Below, in pieces: positions 14,066 through 31,234 of a stretch of DNA of 64,000 nt (position 1 is the stretch's first letter; each line of letters opens with the position of its first letter). A program made the translations under genes and the position numbers. The stretch is from Octopus bimaculoides (lineage: Eukaryota). The stretch spans positions 11,349,039-11,413,038 of the forward strand of contig NC_068981.1 of assembly GCF_001194135.2 (NCBI RefSeq). Direction: 5' to 3'. The notes beneath the pieces are model-generated. The model was given only the letters and a program-made list of their open reading frames with translations, made no database searches and was not told the DNA's origin.

Positions 14066-14493
14066 AAATATATACGTAAACACTCGTCGTTGTACTAGTA
14101 ATGGTATGTACCCATATAAAGATTAACAGGGAAACGGACAAATCTGAGTATACACATTCACGCGTGTGCATATGTGTATATGCGACTGTATGCGTGAGCT
14201 CACATATTTGACCGTATGTATGTATATGTGGACGTGTCCCGATGCGTATCTAAATGCGTATCTATGACAGGTAGCCATAAGTAGTGAACGTGCTTTGCCG
14301 GCATACTACTAGAGAATAGTAAAATTTAGAATTTGTGCTTTCTTTAGCAACTTATATATACTAGAACTCAAATCCCAAAACATTCCCTATGTCTTATCCT
14401 AGTCGATGGTCAGCTAGGTTTCTCCCGTACACTACTAAACGCGGCGTTTCTAAACTGCACTTAAAGGAATCGCACATCAGCCTTACAAATCAC

Positions 14494-15121
<628 letters not shown>

Positions 15122-15687
15122 TTATCGTTTACTATATTAAAGCAACACAGTTGAATGTTTAGTTAGTATATTATTGAATGAGTGCATACTTTCTTATGGT
15201 TATCTACAAAATCCAATGATAACTACCTTTTTCATTGTTGACGGCAAGTCTTTCTCCAGTACGTACAGGTTCGGACAACTGATTCACTTAAATGTATATT
15301 GCAAAAGTCACAAGAAATTTTACCTTCTTGCATCACTATCTGACAGTATTATTAATCCGTATTTTCAACCTCCTTTCAACAATGAGAAGAATAATTAATA
15401 TACCGTTTAGTTTGTCGTATAATGTCGAACATCTGACATACTGTAATATATTTGTTCTGGTGGTGAATATTTAATATACTGTTCGATATGTTATATAAAT
15501 CGATGTAAATATTGTGGGTGTAGGAATGGCTATATAATGATGAGTTCAGTTTGTAAACCTCCTGCCCTTAAGTTAATCCCAATTTGGAGTACTTTGAGCA
15601 AATGTTATTTATTAGAGTCCTGGGACAGCTAATATACCTAATGAGTGAATTTGATAGACTGGGAATACGTGGGAGCTATCATGTCAC

Positions 15688-15770
15688 CTACCTACCTACC
15701 TACCTACCTACCTACCTACCTACCTACCTACCTACCTACCTACATACATACATACATACATACACACCTA
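15688..15770. repeat. (CCTA)n-(TACA)n microsatellite
   Basis: Directly visible. Confidence 0.95.
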
Positions 15771-15948
15771 TCTACATACATGCATACGCACACACACGTA
15801 CATACGTATTTACATAAATACATACATATATACAGGTATACATATGTGTATGTGTGAGCACCTATGTGTGTGTATGTGTGAGCATGTATGTGTGCGTATG
15901 TGGCTGTCTTTCTTGGTGTCTGTTTTTTTTCTTCCTAGGGTTTGTTAG

Positions 15949-16350
15949 GCGCTGGAGTGGCTGGGTGGTAAGTAGCTTGCTTACTAACCATAGGGTTCCG
16001 GGTTCAGTCCCACTGCGTGGCACCTTAGATAAGTGTCTTCTACTATAGCCTCGGGCCTACCAAAGCCTTGTGAGTGGATTCGGTAGACGGAAACTGAAAG
16101 AAGCCCGTCGTATATATGTATATGTATACATGTATATGCCTGTGTGTTTTTGTGTCTGTGTTCGTCCCCCCAACATCGCTTGACAACCGATGCTGGTGTG
16201 TTTACGTCCCCGTAACTTATCGGTTCGGCAAAAAAAACCAATACATTAAGTACTAGGCTTCCAAACAATATGTCCTGGGATCGATTTACTCGACTAAAGG
16301 CAATGCTTGAGCATGACCGCAATCAAATGACTGAAACAAGTAAAAGAGTA
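15949..16350 (+). mobile_element. tRNA-derived SINE family A, near full length with internal (TA/TG) microsatellite
   Basis: A-box-like tggctgggtggtaag, B-box-like gggttcagtccc, conserved body and tail gcatgaccgcaatcaaatgactgaaacaagtaaaagagtaaaa. Partial copies occur elsewhere in the window. Confidence 0.9.
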
Positions 16351-16942
16351 AAAAAGTTTCTTTACGTCCCTGTAATTGACTGTTCTGCAAAAGAGGGCGA
16401 CATAAGAAGTATCTGACATAACAAAATAAGTCACAGAGTTGACGCGATCGACTAAGACATCCCAGCATTGTCGTAGTTCATTGAATGAAACATGTAAAGT
16501 ATAAAAGAAATAATTTCGAATATAGGTACAAAGGCAGAAATATGAAGGTAAACGTAGTTGATTATATAACATTTACGATGTTTGATAAGTGCATCATAGT
16601 ATTGACTCCAGTAGGACGATCGACAAATTAACTTTGGCGGTATTTAAATTTCAAGTCAGAAGTAGGCAACTGGTACAAATATGTCTACGAAATTATCACC
16701 CTGTTGTTGTATATATAAAACATTATCGGATATATATTGTAGCCTTTATTACGATATATTTTGTCTGCTATATAATATCTTGAGGAATATATAAATATAT
16801 TTGTTGATATAAAAAGCAATTGTCATATAGACACTACGTAACTGATTTTGAAATGCATCGTTTAATACAGTATGAAAATGTTGTGTATTATTGATTATCA
16901 ACCAGATCGACAAATACGTAAAGATAAACACACACTCACTCA

Positions 16943-17110
<168 letters not shown>

Positions 17111-18907
17111 GTATAGCATTTAATAAGTGATATATTGCTGAAAGTAAATTGTATTCTACTTAACGATCTAATCACTTTTATCGTGAGCAAATTCAAAGTC
17201 AATATCTTGTGACCAGTTCGTGGCGTTGAGTCAATAATAAATTGTTGAAAATGTCTGGTTGAATCAATAGTGCTTTAACCAAACCAGTTATGCAGTTGTA
17301 GATAATTAAACAACATATAATCTTCGGCTGACCACTCCCCTCTTTTCTGTATATTCCATTGATATTAAACAGTTTGTGCGTTAATAGCCGCTACATTATA
17401 GAGCAGCAATTTGTTTCTCACAAGTCGAAAAGCACAAAGCTTGGAAATAATTTATTGCTTTTGGGTTTCAGTGGAGAAAAGTTCTTGATGTTAAAATTGA
17501 AAAACAATTCTAATTTCACCTCCAGAAATATGCATATAACGTAATTCCGCAACTTTTATTCAGAAGTAAAGTTGTTGTAGACAGATTCAACATACTTCGA
17601 TCTCTTTATCCAATTTTCTTCTCCCGTCTTTGAATTTGGACTTTTATTCTGAACAGAACTGAAGAAAATGGAATTGATATAGCAGTTATCACTTGCAGAA
17701 TTCGATCAGTAACTATCCTCACCATTCCTGTTCTTTTGTATACTTCAGCACTTATCTAATTACGTCTCAGCTTTTCTGTGAAACTTTCCTGTCTGTTCAG
17801 AAATCTATTAATTATCGCTTTTCTCTCTTCAACTGATAACATCCTCCTCAATATATGTTTATATCTATTATTTTATTCACACACGACCCACTACGTCATT
17901 TGTCATTTCACCCGTCTGGCGTCAGCAATTTAGTCAATAATTACTTGTTTCTTGTGTTGTCTTTTAAGAGGCAGACTAACAATTTTTATTTTATTGTTTT
18001 CTTTCTTACAAGTTATCTGCCTTAGTCTGTCTAGTTTCTCCCAATTTTACAGCATTCTTTTCAGACATACATTCCGTCACTACTTAACGTAATAGTGATA
18101 AGAGGACAAACATTTTTAGTACATTAAATTGCTACTTGTATCTAGTAAGAAAGAAGTATCGACATTTCAGTTTGCCAGAATGGATAGCGACCCTTTTTGT
18201 GAACGACAGGCCTCTACACTGTATTACTCATGAATATATGATCTAGGGACTCGGCTCAGAATACGCACCCCGTTTTCACGACTGAGGCCCTTAAATCATA
18301 TTTATTTGAACAAAGTCCTTAAAACTGTATTCCTTTGAGCTCAAACAGGAATGTATTTTTACTGTGAAATGTATATATTCAAAACTTAAAGTGTACCAAA
18401 ATGCGTCTAACATCCATTTATCCACCTAGTAGAAGTATAGGCAAAACCCACCATTTTTTCAAAAGTATAATGATATTTTAAATTTGCTGTATCAAGTAAA
18501 AAACAAAATGCAAATCGGATCAGTGTTACGTAGTCACCCTTGTATATGTTGCTCCAAAACTGGGTTCAGATCTCAATTCATCCTACATACTCAGCTGACC
18601 TGAGATCGGGTATAATTCAATGATTAAATATTCTAGACGTAAATTAACAATCTCAATTTTGAATTACACTTTTAAAATAAGCAGGTAACAAAAGGGGATA
18701 TAATTCATTCTGTTTCTGTTTCTTGCGTGAAATACGTATTTTCTCGACTTTAATTCAGGAAAAGAATTAAATAAACTTTGAGTGAACTGAACAGATATTT
18801 CAAGAAGAAATCTATTTTATATAAATTTTTAGGCAAAACATACCAACATTCTGCCCCTTTCTGAAATGTATTTCAGAATATGATCAATATGCTGAGTATT
18901 TTGTACC

Positions 18908-19041
<134 letters not shown>

Positions 19042-20494
19042 TTCGATGTCTAACTGTTGCCTCCAGAACAGAGTGTATTACAATCGATCGTAATATTTTA
19101 CTTTCCTTTATTGGTGAAAGGTAATCTAAGTTGTGGGACATCGTAGGCATGAGTGATAAAGTATATATTGTGTCTACATTAACCTAGCGTTCACCACTCT
19201 CCATAAAAACCCACGAAGGTCTCAATAGCAATGGTAATTAAAAGAATTCAGGATTTAATTCTCTTGTAGTATCTTAGTATCTTTTGGAAAGAGGATCAAA
19301 TTTTCTTTGCTGTTTCCGCGAACGTGATTATCCATCTATGATATCTACTTACAGCTAAACAAATGAAGCCAGCAATATTTCAATCTCATCTTCATGAATA
19401 AATGCTATTGTGTATATTGATGTAGATACAATCACACATTTACCATGGTTTCCGAAGCCCAAAAGTTCACCAAGAGAAACATCAAAACGAAGAATTCTAA
19501 ATACTATTGAAACAAACTATTTCTAAATGACAACTCTTTATTCACAGTATTTTTTAGTAAACAATAACAGTTTGTTCTCCATTAAAAACATTCTTTCAGA
19601 TCTATTTTCCCACGAGATAGGTTGGTTAAATAGCATGATGCCAAATATAATGATACCTATTCAAATATAAATTTACTAAAATCTTTTATTACTATTTGAA
19701 ATCCATTGAATTTGGTAGCTGATAACGAAAGACAATGTGAATTATAGGCACACACATAAGCACGAAGACAGATATACATGGTTATAAAAATGTCGTACAT
19801 ATAGCAAGAGAGAACAATCATCTGTGAACACTTTTATTCAGATAAATCAACGTTCAGCTATAGAATTTAATTTGTAACTACAAGACTATTTTTTGTACGA
19901 AACAGAAAGACTTGATCTAATGAATCGTAGTGTATCACATTAAATTATATTTATTGAATCACAAGTGTATGAAAGTGTTGCACACACTGGAGTTATATTT
20001 AACAGAAGAGAAATGCGATGTAAAATTTACGAAAAACATTATTCAGAAACGAAGCAAAATATTTAATTTTAACAAAATATATTATTATCTCTTTGACAAT
20101 GTAATAAGCCCTATGATAGCCGCATTCTAGTTGACAATATGTGGGTAGCATTTTATTTGAGGAGGAGTTGCGGGATGGTGTGAATTGTACTCATAACCAT
20201 CAGAAGAGCAACAATCGCAGACGAAAATAAAATCGAATTAATTGAAATAAGATGCAATCCCACTTACAGGCACGGTTCTTCCAAAGGAAACTAATTGTAA
20301 TTATTAAAAAAATTAGAAAATAAACTATTGGTATTATTTCTGAAAATACAAAAAGTCCAATATTTTATTTCTCTGAGACCTAAATCTATATGTAACAATA
20401 TATTTATGAGAGTCTCTTAGCTTGTTCAACGATAACAACGATTTTGACGTAAAAAATTATATACATACATATATACAAACACATAAATACATAC

Positions 20495-20537
<43 letters not shown>

Positions 20538-20929
20538 TACACATGCAGGCATACACTCTCATACTCACACACTCACATTTATATATATTTTGATGATTTA
20601 CTTGCTGTCCAGTCGTTATATGATTGAGATTTGTACTTTTGTTGAACGTATGGACATGCGGTTTATTTTATACTTCCTCCATTACTTTGACCGCTTGCCA
20701 TTAGCCATCATTTGACACTTGTTAGCTAACATTCATTTTTTCTATCTACAAGATGTCAGTCAAAACACTCCTCATATTTATCTCCCTTATCGCTTTCATC
20801 TTTTATTTCTTGAGGATAGGTTTGAAAATAAAAACACTCGTTTTGTACTAGCCTATAAAAAATATGTGCCGGAATTTATATATTAATACACTTATACCGT
20901 CCGTGTTTGTCACTTAAGGGAGATAAGTC

Positions 20930-22270
<1,341 letters not shown>

Positions 22271-22787
22271 TCACACAATAACTTAATATATACTTATTAA
22301 TAAATATAACATAAAGGGTAATAAAATTTTTCATTAACCAAAATAGTGCAAATTAAACAATTTCGATTAAATGATAACTACATACTAGACGATATTTAAA
22401 CTTTCCATAAATTTGTTCAAGTAGAGAACATTATACATGCTGACCATGAAATCATTAATGATATACTATATAATGCAGTAAAGAGATACAATACATGAAA
22501 CTGCGGCATCGATGACATTCCTAATAACATGGTTTCCATAATTTTCGCAGTCATGCATTAACTCAGAACAAAATACTTTTCACAACCTTGCATCACCTTT
22601 CCTAACATATTTTTGTGTTCTGTATTTTTCTCTATCTATGCAGTACTACCATATATCATTCTCACAAATAAGAAACTAATAGAAATGAATTCTTCTTATG
22701 TTTTTTCTCAGTTACGTTTGCTTGATTGTTGTCACCTCGGGTATTGAAAAAGAAGAGAGTATAAGAAGTTCACATTTTTTTTATCAA

Positions 22788-23087
22788 CGATTACGTGGCA
22801 TATAAAAGTGTCACATCATTGTTAATCGAAAATTTACATTCTAAGAAAGTTATTTAGATAGATTAAAGAATTAATTACTCGGAGGAATTATGAAAGTTAT
22901 CTCCAGTAACGCAAAACAAAGAAATAACCAAATATCGACTTACAGAGAAAAATGGTGTTTATTTTATATAATAGTCTTAAGAGCTCCTGGTTTAGAAAAA
23001 GTTCATGTAACCAACTCAATATGTTGAAAACAAAAAGTTATAATATACTGAATTGAAATTTTGGCGCGACGCCATCAATTTCGAGTG
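22788..23087 (+). repeat. Dispersed ~290-bp repeat, copy 1 (paralogous to 43934-44217), ending in a family B SINE tail
   Basis: Shared blocks gcatataaaagtgtcacat, gttaatcgaaaat, ttactcggaggaatta, gttatctccagtaa and ttttggcgc..g.gcca.caatttc. Confidence 0.85.
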
Positions 23088-23190
23088 AAGGTATAAGTCG
23101 ATTATATCGAACCCTGGACTAAACTGGAACTTATTTTATCGACCCTGAAAGGATTAAAGGCAAAATCAACCCCGGCGGCATTTGATATGT
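23060..23190 (-). mobile_element. tRNA-derived SINE family B fragment
   Basis: ttttatcgaccc.gaaaggat.aaaggcaaa.tc.acc.cggcgg.atttga matches the 49580-49970 copies. Confidence 0.85.
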
Positions 23191-24569
23191 ATAAGCATGT
23201 GTGTGTGTAATTGCGCATGTGTTTCCGATAGGTGCCTATAGTAACGTTTGCCCACTATTCAAAAGAATTAACATTTAAATAACATACACACACCTACACG
23301 AATATATATATCTAAAGGGAGGGAGAAAGAGAGTGGGAGACAGAGGGAAAGAGAATGAGAAAGAGAAAGAGAGAGATATAGATAGCTTGATAGAAAAGTA
23401 GATAGACAGATGATCAAATGTTGTACAGAAACAACCAACGTATCTATAGGAAGATCGACATCTGATAAACATGGCTGTCACTTAAATTCATTAACAAATT
23501 TATCGAGAAACCCCAATCTCGATTAGATTGTAACTCAGGGTTTGGGTACCAGAGTAAATAAAGTAAAATTTTAACGTTTTCTCTCAGCATCCTCCATCAT
23601 CCCATTCTTCTTGCAAGTATAAGATTTATTTATGCTCATAAAGAACTATATTTCTGGAAGCAGATCACAATTGATATGAGTAAATATGTTGCCTGCTGGG
23701 AATAGTTCATATACTCTATGATTCGGCGTTATTGATGTCAATGTTGACTTTGTTACAATCACTAAATTGGACTTAGTGAAAAATCGAAATGTCCCGTTAG
23801 TCATGGCTGTCAGATTGGACAGATTTGAAGTCGTATAAGCCTTGATATATTTTGCACACATCTTATGTGGGCACTCAGCTTACACCGTACTTACCTGTCT
23901 CTTCTAATTCAGTCCAATAATCAATAAAACATATAATACATTTATCGAAAGGATAAACGTTTTGTTGTTGCAATGTGTTCATTTATAATTTTATGGGTTG
24001 CACTCATTTCCATGGATGTTAAAATAATAACAGCTGTGACTCATCTGGATACTTTAATGAAATTTCTATCTTGGACAACGGCAATCTTGGACAGTCATTG
24101 CTTTAATTCGTCGTTTTAGAGAGTATTATAGGACAAAAATTCTACATATTTAGCAAAATCAACAGCTTTAATATAAAAGCATGCAACGATCCAAGTTGTT
24201 CGTGCTGACACTCAGATATTTATCTCATTTGATACCATTAGTGATAGAGCGTCACTAATATCAGGTCTTTTATTGTTACGAGTGTTTTCTAAGGACACTA
24301 CTATTGTACGTTTGCTACAAGTATAGCTGTACATTGAAACATTTCACTAGTGTTCCATTGTCGATTCGAAAATGATTAAGTAAAACAAAAAATGTTTTTT
24401 TTTTTATTTACTCAAAATCATGAAACAGTGGCTGCAATAAGTTATCAAAACACTACAGAATCGGTTTTTTGTGGATGTAGAAACTCCCCTCAGTCCCACT
24501 AAATGTTATATTTCATGATGTGGTCAAAAGGACGAGAGTGAGTTTGTAACTTTCACAGATCTCTGAGAT

Positions 24570-24830
24570 CAGAGAGAATATCTGCAACTCTTTGATGGTG
24601 ACACAAAACGCAAGAGGAATTGAAGAGTCCGAGAGTGTTTCTGACAAGAGCAATGAGAGCCGGTCCGAGCAGATGGTGGGAAGCTTGTGCTGGCATAATA
24701 TTGGTGATGGAAGCAGGAGAGACGGATGATTTGGGTGTGTCTGAGTTCAAATATATGACAGAGGACAGGCTAGTTGTAGAAATGATAGTTTGGAGACGGC
24801 TTGTTCACGCATGGACCTGAAGAAGAGCTG
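24570..24830 (+). mobile_element. Probable RTE-clade LINE 3' end
   Basis: ORF ...RAGPSRWW...MTEDR....WRRLVHAWT resembles the RTE C-terminal RGRP..RW.D....A.DR..WR..V..T. Confidence 0.5.
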
Positions 24831-27474
24831 TTTACATTGGAATCTTACATAAATATTCCAGAATCGATATGGAAATTAGTAGATGATGACAGATAAAAAA
24901 CGGTTTTATGTAGTTTCCTCGAGGGATTAAAAAAAAATGCAAAAATGATAAAACATAATTATTCTATAAAAAGTTAAACCAGTGATAAAATCACCATTGG
25001 CCTGTCGGGAGCAAACGTACACTAATGTCTCTTAAAAAAGAATAAGTAGATATGTGTCAGTCCTAAACAACAACTAAAAGGTTGTAACAGTTCACCGGAA
25101 CACTGAGTCTTCTTATACATCTCACCACAAAATTAGAATAGAAATCTTTGTTTACATTAATCACTGAGGACTAGTATTTTAAAGTCGAAGCAAATGGTCA
25201 TATTCTATAATTGAAGCAAACACTTAAATGGAATCAATATTTCACCTCGATCGTAATGTTTCTTCAAAATGAAAAAAAAGGAGAGGGTGACAGTACTTCT
25301 TTTGTCATAAAATTCTTTATTGGCTGCAAGAAAATTAATGACTGGTCGCTTGAATCCGTTTTCAAAAACATTATGTACCGACGTTAATGGAGATTATTCA
25401 CGTAAATAATTTCGTTGCGATTTCGAGCTTTCAGAAGTATTCCTCCTGCAATATTGTTTTCGCAACGGGAAGAAAAGCTGTCCCTTAGTTTAAAAAAAAT
25501 TATAAAACTTTAAAACAACGAACCATAAAGAATTAAATTATTTTCGCCAAACTTTAATTTTCTTTCAAAAACAAATATAATCAATCTATTGTTCCATCAT
25601 CAATTGAATAGGAGTAATGAACAATAAGGTCATCTGAAACATCAGAATAAGTTTGTAATTAACAATGTATTCTACAGAATTTATCTAACTTTTCTCCGTA
25701 CATTTGAATTGGGCATTTGATTGCAATCGGAATTAAGACTCGAGGCAATCGTGATTTTCTTAAATATTGTTATGCAATCTGTAAAGTGAATTTGTATGAA
25801 ACTTGAACCAGTCAGCTTTTCCTGACCTCAGCATGTCGATACAATACTGCCTCATCTCAACCATTGTCCTATGTCTGCTGAGAAAATTGGTTTTTGGTCG
25901 ATAATTAAGACACTGGAAGGGGATGATGATCGAGTCCTAAATATTATTGCAACTTATTCTTTCGATATCATGCAAATAATACAAATAACACGTAAGTTGG
26001 CTCCACCAGGGTTTGAACTTAGATATCAAATAGGGGAGACTAAAGAATAGGAAAAGTCTATATAACGATACAGCCGGACTTTTCCCCTCCATTGTGCACA
26101 AAATAACTATGTTGTTATATATGACATCTGAAGCAGTCTCCGTTCTTTAAATTATAAACCGAAATGAAATATAGTTTTATAACAATGCGTCAATATTTTA
26201 TTACTTAGAAGAAGAAGAATAAAACATACATCTCTTTTTAAGAAATTCCATTCCCACTGTTTGCTCGAATAACAAGAAAGAAAGACAATAAAATGTATGG
26301 AGATAAATCAATAAGAAAACACATTATTAAGTAAAGACAGAGTGATAATTCTTTACAAAGGAAATTTTCCTGTGTAATAAAATTTTTGAACGTAGATTAT
26401 TTCTTTATAATTCTGATTTTTTTTGTTGTTGCATACCCTACTTAAATTACCATTTTTATAACTAGACGTTTTGACTAACGAAAAATTTTGGTATAAAACG
26501 AAAAACTGATATTTTTAGGAATCTTTAAAATGTCAATAGATCATTAGTATTCTGTCTTCCTCACCGATATGAATTTCTCGGACAATGTCTGGAACATACA
26601 GAACAGAATGTCGTTGCGTGACATACTTCCATTACTCATGAATATTTCGCAGTGTACAGAAGGGAATTATCTTCAGTCAAGCAAGGGTAAAATTTCTTGT
26701 AACTAACACATAATACTTTGACAGCTAGCAGTAAGATATTTATTTTCAATTATCTCTTGAACAACATATGTCAGTTTTTAATTTCGGTTATACCAATGTT
26801 AAATACATAAGGAATATTCGCGATATCGTGCTATATGTTGAAGCCGATCGAAGATATCGTCTATAGGAAGACCGTTGTGACTTCTTTTGGGAAAAGTTTA
26901 TAACATTTAGGTCAGTTAAGTATACAGAATAAGTACCTTAGGGATCTTAGTTTCTAAAGATTAGACGGGGAGCATTTTGCATTAACGGAAAATTGATTAT
27001 ATGGTTTTAGGATTCTTAAAGTGGTTAGGAAATATCTGTTCCCCAAAGTCTAATCTGTTTTAATCGCTATAAGCACATTGGATACGTGGAGATATATTTC
27101 TCATTATGTTAATGACAATGATTATGTTGCAGGATGATAAATATCAAATTGGTTATTGTTATAATTTTGAAGCTGATGGTACTGATACTACTGAGGACAA
27201 GGACTTATCATTTCCATTGCCGATTGATTTCTCCTCTTTGATGTCAGTGACTCCATCATCAGCATCAGCACCACCTCCTCCATCACTTCATAATCTTCAC
27301 CATCATACTCCCTCTAATTATCCCAATCATTTCTCAATTCTCTCGCTCTCTTTCTTTACACACATACACACACACACACACACAGACACACAGACACAGA
27401 CACAGACACACACACACACAGACACACACACAGACACACACAGACACACACACACACACACACACACACACATC

Positions 27475-27835
27475 TTATCAGTTTCAGTTCAAAGCTTCTG
27501 TTATGCTGGGGCACCGCCGTTTTGCTACACTGTTATTATTGATAACCTCCTCTGATATGTGGTATTTAGTGAATGAAGGATTTTGATGTCCCTGTCGTTA
27601 TTTGCGCATCCTGTCGCGAGGTAAGTTCATCTGGGACTCTCGAGATCCAGTTTTATTTTGAAAATACCTGCATCCAATTTGTGTAGGCCTCTCAAGCTCT
27701 TCAAGGGAATATTAAAAAACTGTGGGCCCTTGAAACCCAGGCTATTGCAGTAAATGATCCTGAAACGCGACGACATTGCTGGAATCTTTGGCCCTGTGCA
27801 GTGGCGAGCGACCCATTCTAGCATCTGTGTGGGTT
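27475..27835 (-). mobile_element. CR1/L2-type LINE 3' fragment
   Basis: Minus ORF RHCTGPKIPAMSSRFRIIYCNSLGFKGPQFFNIP.KSLRGLH....FKIKLD followed by (V)PDE matches the CR1-group C-terminus; then a 3' UTR ending ggtgccccagcat...ctgaaact. Confidence 0.8.
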
Positions 27836-29124
27836 TCATTGCCAAACTTTGGCGCAATCCCTTCCAGGCTATTCGAGTATATCTCTCCCGCCTTCGCTCA
27901 GGGATATTTACATATATATATATATATATATATATATCAAATAATAAGCAACACGGATTTCAAAAGTGATTGCAGTACGCACGTTTCATGCTACTTCAAT
28001 TTATTTAAGTAATGTGAGCATTACCTTAAATGCAATATGAAGAGCAATCTTCAGCTGCACGAAAAAATGTAGAAAAAAAGACATATTACAAATGTGGCAA
28101 CATANNNNNNNNNNNNNNNNNNNNNNNNNNNNNNNNNNNNNNNNNNNNNNNNNNNNNNNNNNNNNNNNNNNNNNNNNNNNNNNNNNNNNNNNNNNNNNNN
28201 NNNNNNNNNNNNNNNNNNNNNNNNNNNNNNNNNNNNNNNNNNNNNNNNNNNNNNNNNNNNNNNNNNNNNNNNNNNNNNNNNNNNNNNNNNNNNNNNNNNN
28301 NNNNNNNNNNNNNNNNNNNNNNNNNNNNNNNNNNNNNNNNNNNNNNNNNNNNNNNNNNNNNNNNNNNNNNNNNNNNNNNNNNNNNNNNNNNNNNNNNNNN
28401 NNNNNNNNNNNNNNNNNNNNNNNNNNNNNNNNNNNNNNNNNNNNNNNNNNNNNNNNNNNNNNNNNNNNNNNNNNNNNNNNNNNNNNNNNNNNNNNNNNNN
28501 NNNNNNNNNNNNNNNNNNNNNNNNNNNNNNNNNNNNNNNNNNNNNNNNNNNNNNNNNNNNNNNNNNNNNNNNNNNNNNNNNNNNNNNNNNNNNNNNNNNN
28601 NNNNNNNNNNNNNNNNNNNNNNNNNNNNNNNNNNNNNNNNNNNNNNNNNNNNNNNNNNNNNNNNNNNNNNNNNNNNNNNNNNNNNNNNNNNNNNNNNNNN
28701 NNNNNNNNNNNNNNNNNNNNNNNNNNNNNNNNNNNNNNNNNNNNNNNNNNNNNNNNNNNNNNNNNNNNNNNNNNNNNNNNNNNNNNNNNNNNNNNNNNNN
28801 NNNNNNNNNNNNNNNNNNNNNNNNNNNNNNNNNNNNNNNNNNNNNNTATATATATATATATCACCGGAAAAAGTGCGCGCGCACACACACACACACACAC
28901 ATATGCACATATACATATATATTGTTCCGTTCACAGAAACAGTCAGTACTCGATCCAGTGAGAGATAAATATCATTTAATTTACTCTGCATTAATTTTTA
29001 GGCTGCTAATACTTTCTTTCCTTTGAGATATGCTGTTAGGCAGATTTCTATAACGCGCCTAACCACGTGTCTCAATGGTAAGAAACTTTAATTAGCTCTT
29101 ATTTTAATATAGCATGTACTGGTG

Positions 29125-29300
29125 TGTGTGTGTGTGTGTGTGTTTGTGAGCGTGCACGTCTGAATGTTTGTGCGTCCCGCACAACGCTTGACAACCAATT
29201 TTGTTTTCTTCATGTCACCTTAACCTATCGGTTTCTGAAAAGAGACCGATAGAATTAATACCATACTTAATAGAATGTACTTGTGTACACATATTCGACG
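29125..29300 (+). mobile_element. SINE family A 3' half
   Basis: cgcttgacaacc...tcggtt..gaaaagagaccgatagaatta resembles 16170-16260. Confidence 0.7.
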
Positions 29301-31170
29301 ACATACAATGATTGAAACAACTAATAATAATAAAAAATAGTAACGGAACAATATTCAGAACTGGAGAAAGCAACAACCATACTAATTGTAATAGAAGATG
29401 TAGTAATGGCCAGAAAGGAAACAGAAATCAGGAGTCGTAAAACCGTGGAAAGTAAATATAAGTAAAAAGAAAGAGAAAAGAGAAAAGAACCACAACAGAA
29501 GCATTCAAACTTAAGTGACAATCAAATATATCATCGTCTATGACAAATTGAAAATAATAACGTTTAAGTTGTTTCTAATTAATATTTATGATATAAATGG
29601 TCATTAGTTTTCAAACGATTTCCAGAATAAAGACAATTTTTTTCACTGTCTAATTTTGAATAATGTGACACAAGACAGAGTTTTCTAGTGATGATAATAT
29701 AATCAAATATTTAATACCGCTTAAATGAAAAATTATTCAACTGATTCATTGAAAGAAAGATAAAGAAATTATTAAACAAATTTACCGACCAAACGATTTT
29801 TGTTAATATGTATTATGTAGTTAAGAATATATATATATATATATATGCGCTGCGCTGTAATGAGCGGCCCGTAAGCAAAGTGTATGCTTAATAGTAGGTC
29901 TCATAATCCACTTCTATATACTATGCAGGACGACGCAAGACATCAAGCCACTGGATAGGATAGTGTGCTGTTTACGAGCCACGAAATGTTATTAATAAAG
30001 TACGTAAAACATAGATGATATTTTATGCTTTGCGAAACATACAATCGTTTCCGCAAACAGCTACAAGTTTGAGGAACATCGAGGAAATCTATTTCTTCCG
30101 AATGAGAATCCGGCAATTGTTTCTTACTTGTATACACTTTTATCTGGAAACAAGGGTAACTTCCTTTTGGTTGCGAGACTAATCTCTGTAAGGGTAGTCG
30201 CAACAGCCATGATGTATTTCAAATGGAAATCGCCCACTAGCTGAACATGGCAGAGGTAAATACTACGTATGTTTTCGTGAATATGTTGCCTTTAATGTAG
30301 TTTATCTCTTATCATTCTCTCCAGGTGATTATGAAAAGCGTTGCTGAGAATTAGATGGTGAAGAGAAGCAGACGATAGCAAGAACGGGGCTAATCAGCTT
30401 GCTTAGGGATGCGAAGCTGCACTAATTTTTATGGTAACGATCATGACTGCATCGTCTTCCAAAAGACATTTTCTCTGACAAGCTTCGTGTTATGTTGCAC
30501 ATACATATAAATCGACATATTTAAAGTCCTGCATTGAGCTTTGTCTCTCAGTGATCTAGCTTGTCTGAAAAATAAATTGGTCTTATTATATTTCCTCATT
30601 TAACAGTCACATCACGAAAAAAATTGTAGTCCTCTGTTTCAGATACAATAGAGGATAAAAGATGATATATTTTCTCGCTGTTCCAATTTAAATTTCCATA
30701 TATTGATATCAAATCATATAGCTTTAAGTTGACCTAACAGTTTATCTGTAGCAATACTGAGTAAAAGCTGTGTTAAACATATTATGGACAGCGTACGTTA
30801 GAACGTTGGTGTCATAAAAAAGACTTCATTAAAAAATTATATATTCGGACGCTGTATGTGATTTCAAATTATTCTAGAAGTTAGAGAATAATTTATTCTT
30901 TTATTGTTTCAGGTTTAAATTTCTTCATAATTCTGAAATATCCGAGTATTATATTCTTGGAAAACGGCCTATAAATTTTCATACATACCTTCAAGCAGTA
31001 AAAGCTATGCAGAATAAAAACTGAATATTTTATAAATATAGACAAATATAGATAAGAGAATCAATGGAGGAGCAACTTAATTTCTATCATCCATATTAGT
31101 TGAAATCTGATACTAACGTTTTGCAGACATGATTTTTAAATGTGATATTTTATGACACGCATCTATCTAT

Positions 31171-31234
<64 letters not shown>

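Noticed and set aside
15949-16030. tRNA-like A/B boxes here and at 50001 and 54233
   Set aside because: No complete cloverleaf; each continues into a repeated SINE body.
18290-18546. Possible MITE ending gtcacccttg|TA
   Set aside because: No matching left TIR found.
19353-19496. 144-nt minus-strand exon candidate (ILRFDVSLGELLGFGNHG... or FFVLMFLLVNFWASETM)
   Set aside because: All frames hit stops before the GTAAGT donor; a shorter version is possible but unsupported.
29330-29470. ILIVIEDVV...ESKYK, faintly like a REL endonuclease
   Set aside because: No PD motif; too weak.
29943-30203. Minus ORF containing DFLDVPQTCSC, reminiscent of a cystine-knot (IL-17/spaetzle) C-terminal CxC
   Set aside because: The other knot cysteines are absent and ~30 residues follow; a chance match is likely.
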